Source of the DNA: an uncultured delta proteobacterium
Lineage (GTDB): Bacteria; Myxococcota_A; Polyangia; Fen-1088
Direction: 5' to 3'
Length of the DNA: 64,000 nucleotides
NCBI GenBank assembly: GCA_963767925.1
Contig: CAVYGB010000002.1
Span: forward strand, 608,001-672,000
Part shown: one piece after another, positions 60,704 through 64,000 of the stretch
Numbering within the stretch: the stretch's first letter is position 1
How the letters are laid out: the number at the start of each line of letters is the position of its first letter
The notes under the pieces: generated by a model
Databases searched by the model: none
Told to the model about the DNA's origin: nothing
Seen by the model: only the letters and a program-made list of their open reading frames with translations
Made by a program: the position numbers and the translations under genes

Positions 60704-60952
60704 ACGTATTCGCCTCCGCTCCGGTGCTCACGCGACGCGCATGCACCGGTCCGCTCGCTGGTCCGGCAAACTACCGCGCCCTTGACTCTCTTGGGGCAAA
60801 TCAACCAGGTGTCTCCGAAAAAACCGACCGCCGCACCGTCAGAGCCAACGGCTGACCCGCAGCGACGCGCGGACCGCCTGGGGACATCGTGGAATTTCAA
60901 TCAGGGAAAAGTCCCGGGTGGTGGGGGGCCGGGCCGTGCGAAGCTCACGAAG

Positions 60953-61414
60953 ATGCGGGGTGGCTACGTTTTCGTGGCGGTTGCGGCCCTCGCGCCGGGG
61001 GTCGCCTGCCGGTCGTTCTCCGGGCCGGCGGACGCCGCCGCGCCGAAGGCCGAGCCGGCGATCCGCGCGCTGCTCGAGCAGCAGGCGCAGGCCTGGAACG
61101 CGGGCGACCTGGCCGGGTACATGGCCGCCTACCAGCGGTCCGACCGGCTGCGGTTTCACTCCGGAGGGGACGTCACGCTGGGCTGGCAGACCGTCTTCGA
61201 CCGCTACCGCAAGCGGTACCAGGACCGGGCGGCCATGGGGCGGCTGACCTTCTCCGAGCTGCACGTCGAGCCGCTGGGGCCGGACGTGGCGCTGGCCCGC
61301 GGGCGCTGGCGGCTGCAGCGGGCGGCCGACGAGCCGTCGGGGCTGTTCACCCTGCTATTGCGCCGGGAGCCCGCCGGCTGGCGCATCGAATACGACCACA
61401 CCTCATCGAAATGA
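60953..61414 (+). CDS. NTF2-like (DUF4440/YybH) lipoprotein
   Basis: QAWNAGDLAGYM..Y, GWQ...RY, MGRLTF, GLFTLL..WRIEYDHTS. Confidence 0.85.
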   Translation: MRGGYVFVAVAALAPGVACRSFSGPADAAAPKAEPAIRALLEQQAQAWNAGDLAGYMAAYQRSDRLRFHSGGDVTLGWQTVFDRYRKRYQDRAAMGRLTFSELHVEPLGPDVALARGRWRLQRAADEPSGLFTLLLRREPAGWRIEYDHTSSK

Positions 61415-62658
61415 GGGGACGCCGGCCCGGGCCGCCGGCCCCGCCGACGCGCTGTCGGCGCGCGCGACCGGCAGGGTGAAGGCGAAGGTGCTGCCCTGGC
61501 CCAGCGCGCTGGTCACGGTGATGTCGCCGCCGTGGGCCTCGACGATGCCCTTGCTGATGTACAGGCCCAGGCCCAGCCCGGGCCGCGCCCGGTCGACCTG
61601 CCAGTAGCGCTCGAACAGGCGGGGCAGGTGCTCGGGCGCGATCCCCTGGCCGGTGTCGGCCACCGAAAACGAGACGCGCTCGCCGGCCACGCTCAGGCGC
61701 AGCGTGACCAGGCCGCTCTCGGCGGTGTATTTGATGGCGTTGCCGAGCAGGTTCGAGAGCACCTGGAAGACCCGGGTGCGATCGGCCTGCACGGGGGGCA
61801 GGGCCTCACCCAGCTCCAGCCCCAGTCGGACGGCCTTGCTGGTCGCCACCGCGGTGAGCAGCTCCACCGCCTCGCGGGCCAGGTCGGCGGCGTCGCACGG
61901 CCGCGGCTCGACCGAGAGGCGCCCCTTCTCGATGGCGGTGGCGTCCATCAGCAGGCGCAGGAGCTCGCTCATCTGCTTGCCCGCGCGCACGATGCCCTCC
62001 AGGCTGCGGGCCACCGCCCCCTCCTGCTCCCCGGGGGGATCTGGCGCTGGGCCAGCGAGGCCTTCATCAGCAGGGCCATCAGCGGGTTCTGCAGATCGTG
62101 GGAGACCACCGCCAGCAGCTCCTCGCGCGCGCTGGCGGCGCGCTCGGCCACCCGGAACAGGCGGGCGTTCTCGGCGGAGTAGGCCTCGGCGGACCGGCGG
62201 GCCGAGTCGGCCACCGCGATCTCGAGAGCCTTGCGCTTGAGCTCCTCGCCGCGCTGGTACAGCAGCACGAACGAGGCGGCCTTCAGGCGCAGCAGGGCCG
62301 GGTCGACCGGCTTGGTGACGTAGTCGATGGCGCCGGCGGCGTAGCCCCGCTGCACGTAGCTGGCCGAGTCGGCGTAGCCGGTCACGAACACGACCGGGGT
62401 GGCCCGGGTCCCCTCGATCTGGCGCATGCGGGCGACGGTCTCGAAGCCGTCCATGCCCTTCATGGTCACGTCGACGAGGGCCAGGGCGTAGGCCCGCTCA
62501 CCGGCCCGGGCGACCGCCTCCTGCCCGGAGCGCGCGGTGACGATGGTGTGCCCCAGGGGGGCCAGCACCGCCTCGAGCGCGACCAGGTTGCCCGGATCGT
62601 CGTCGACGATCAGGAGGGCGGCGGCCGGATAAAATTCCCCGGTGGCGAGCAGCTCCAC
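61403..62658 (-). CDS. Hybrid REC-histidine kinase, frameshifted at the G6 run 62033-62038
   Basis: LIVDDD..VDVTM..KPVD REC; VSHDLQNPL H-box; NLLGNAIKY, DTGQGI, GLGLGL; one added base joins the frames. Confidence 0.85.
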
Positions 62659-62823
62659 GGAATGGCACCTCGAGGGAGTGTCCAGAGACCAACGACGGTT
62701 CAAATGTACCCGGTTTCCCGGGTGACGCATCTCCTGTACAACACCCCCTGATCGGGACCGCGTGCATGGCCCGACCCCCGGCGCGGTGCCGCGCGGGGGC
62801 CGGGCAGGGGCGCTCGCTGGATC

Positions 62824-63042
62824 TCAGGCCCGCCCCGACTTCCCGGTCTTGCTCTTGCGGCACTGCTCGAGGTGGGCCTTGCACTCATCCAGGAGCTTTC
62901 CGTCTTCGGGCGGCACGAGGTACAGCATCGTCCGCCCGTAGCGGGTCAGCTTCACCCTCTGTCCCCGCCGCCGGATCTCGTCCGCCAGGTCGCTGAGCGA
63001 CGCCCGCGCCTCGGCCATGGCAATACGTCTGAGCTTGGCCAT
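62824..63042 (-). CDS. Phd/YefM-type antitoxin-like protein (orphan)
   Basis: IAMAEARASLSDLADEI...VKLTRYGR...LVP. Confidence 0.75.
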   Translation of the reverse strand: MAKLRRIAMAEARASLSDLADEIRRRGQRVKLTRYGRTMLYLVPPEDGKLLDECKAHLEQCRKSKTGKSGRA

Positions 63043-63346
63043 TTATCGAACTGCCTCCGTTGAGTAACTAGCTGGCCCGACCGAAGTCCACGATCCGTGC
63101 CACCGGAAACCCTGAGGCCGCCACGCCTTCGTAACCTCCGATCTGTTACCCACCTCGGACCGACACATCGTTCCCAGGTAACCAGGTAGGGTTCGGGGAC
63201 GACAGCGTCCAGCGGCGGTGACCTGGAGGGACTCGGAAGCGCGGGACGGCCCGGAGGGCCCTCCCCGCCTGCCGGAGCGAGCCAGCCCGGCGCAGCGCGG
63301 ATTGTGGAGGTGCGCGTCGCGGCCGTTGTGGTCTATAAGAGCGCTC

Positions 63347-64000
63347 GTGGTCGTCCAGGTGCTCGGCGACAAGGTCGCCCTCGGCCGCGCCGCCGCCCAG
63401 CGGGGCGCGGCGATCCTGAACGACGCGATCGCCGCCCGCGGGCAGGCCCGCATCGTCGCCGCCACCGGCGCCTCGCAGTTCGAGTTCCTGGAGGCCCTCA
63501 CCGGGGAGGTCGGGCAGGCGGCCGGGATCGACTGGAAGCGGGTCGAGCTGTTCCACCTCGACGAATACATCGGGCTGCCGATCACCCACCCGGCCAGCTT
63601 CCGCCGCTACCTGCGCGAGCGCCTGATCGACCGGACCGGCATCGAGCGGTACCACCTGCTCGACGGCGAGGGGGACGTGGCCGCCGTGCTGCGCGCGACC
63701 GGCCAGGCCATCGCCGAGCGCCCGATCGACGTCGCCTTCGTCGGCATCGGGGAAAACGGCCACCTGGCCTTCAACGACCCGCCCGCCGACTTTCTCACCG
63801 AGGAGCCTTACCTGGTGGTGGACCTCGACGAGGCTTGCCGGCGGCAGCAGGTGGGTGAGGGCTGGTTCGCCAGCCTGGCCGAGGTGCCCACCCGGGCCAT
63901 CTCCATGTCGGTGCGCCAGATCCTGCGCGCCGAGGAGATCCTGTGCATCGTCCCGGACAACCGCAAGGCCGAGGCGGTGCGGGCCACCTTGCGCGGCGAG
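63347..64000 (+). CDS. nagB: Glucosamine-6-phosphate deaminase/isomerase family (runs off the window end)
   Basis: [51 protein letters not shown]; -10 TATAAG 7 nt before the GTG. Confidence 0.88.
   Translation, partial: MVVQVLGDKVALGRAAAQRGAAILNDAIAARGQARIVAATGASQFEFLEALTGEVGQAAGIDWKRVELFHLDEYIGLPITHPASFRRYLRERLIDRTGIERYHLLDGEGDVAAVLRATGQAIAERPIDVAFVGIGENGHLAFNDPPADFLTEEPYLVVDLDEACRRQQVGEGWFASLAEVPTRAISMSVRQILRAEEILCIVPDNRKAEAVRATLRGE

Overview
Very GC-rich bacterial chromosomal segment, most likely from a Myxococcota (Polyangia/Haliangium-like) genome. This is inferred from many lipoproteins with Pro/Gly-rich linkers, a MYXO-CTERM-like tail, a DUF1501 gene pair and TPR-CHAT/ECF genes. About 55 CDS are supportable, mostly secreted or accessory enzymes and regulators. 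Housekeeping-type genes include malic enzyme, a Cys/Met PLP enzyme, a PiT transporter, a divergent MetRS and a truncated NagB. No rRNA, tRNA or CRISPR array was seen. Two candidate systems stand out. (1) An ECF sigma / membrane anti-sigma / TPR-CHAT caspase-like protease / S8 subtilase module at 19.6-27.7 kb. Three of its genes are preceded by the same TGTCAG-N16-GCAAA promoter-like motif, which suggests a self-contained protease-triggered regulon. (2) A Met-codon-rich leader peptide (MSMRMTMR) with mutually exclusive anti-SD/anti-anti-SD hairpins upstream of a MetRS with altered HIGH/KMSKS motifs, i.e. a putative methionyl-tRNA-sensing translational attenuator. Other items: an ECF42-DGPF operon whose hydrolase carries a DGPF peptide tag, followed by a UvrA/DrrC-like gene; several toxin-antitoxin loci (two vapBC bracketed by a degenerate direct repeat, a MenA1/MenT1-like pair, an AraC-GyrI-PIN chimera, an orphan Phd); relics of a group II intron 3' end and an IS66 transposase; MITE/REP-like repeats; several intergenic tandem arrays; and many apparently leaderless genes. 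Several frameshifts fall in C/G homopolymers and are probably sequencing errors. All family calls come from motif recognition by eye, not database searches.
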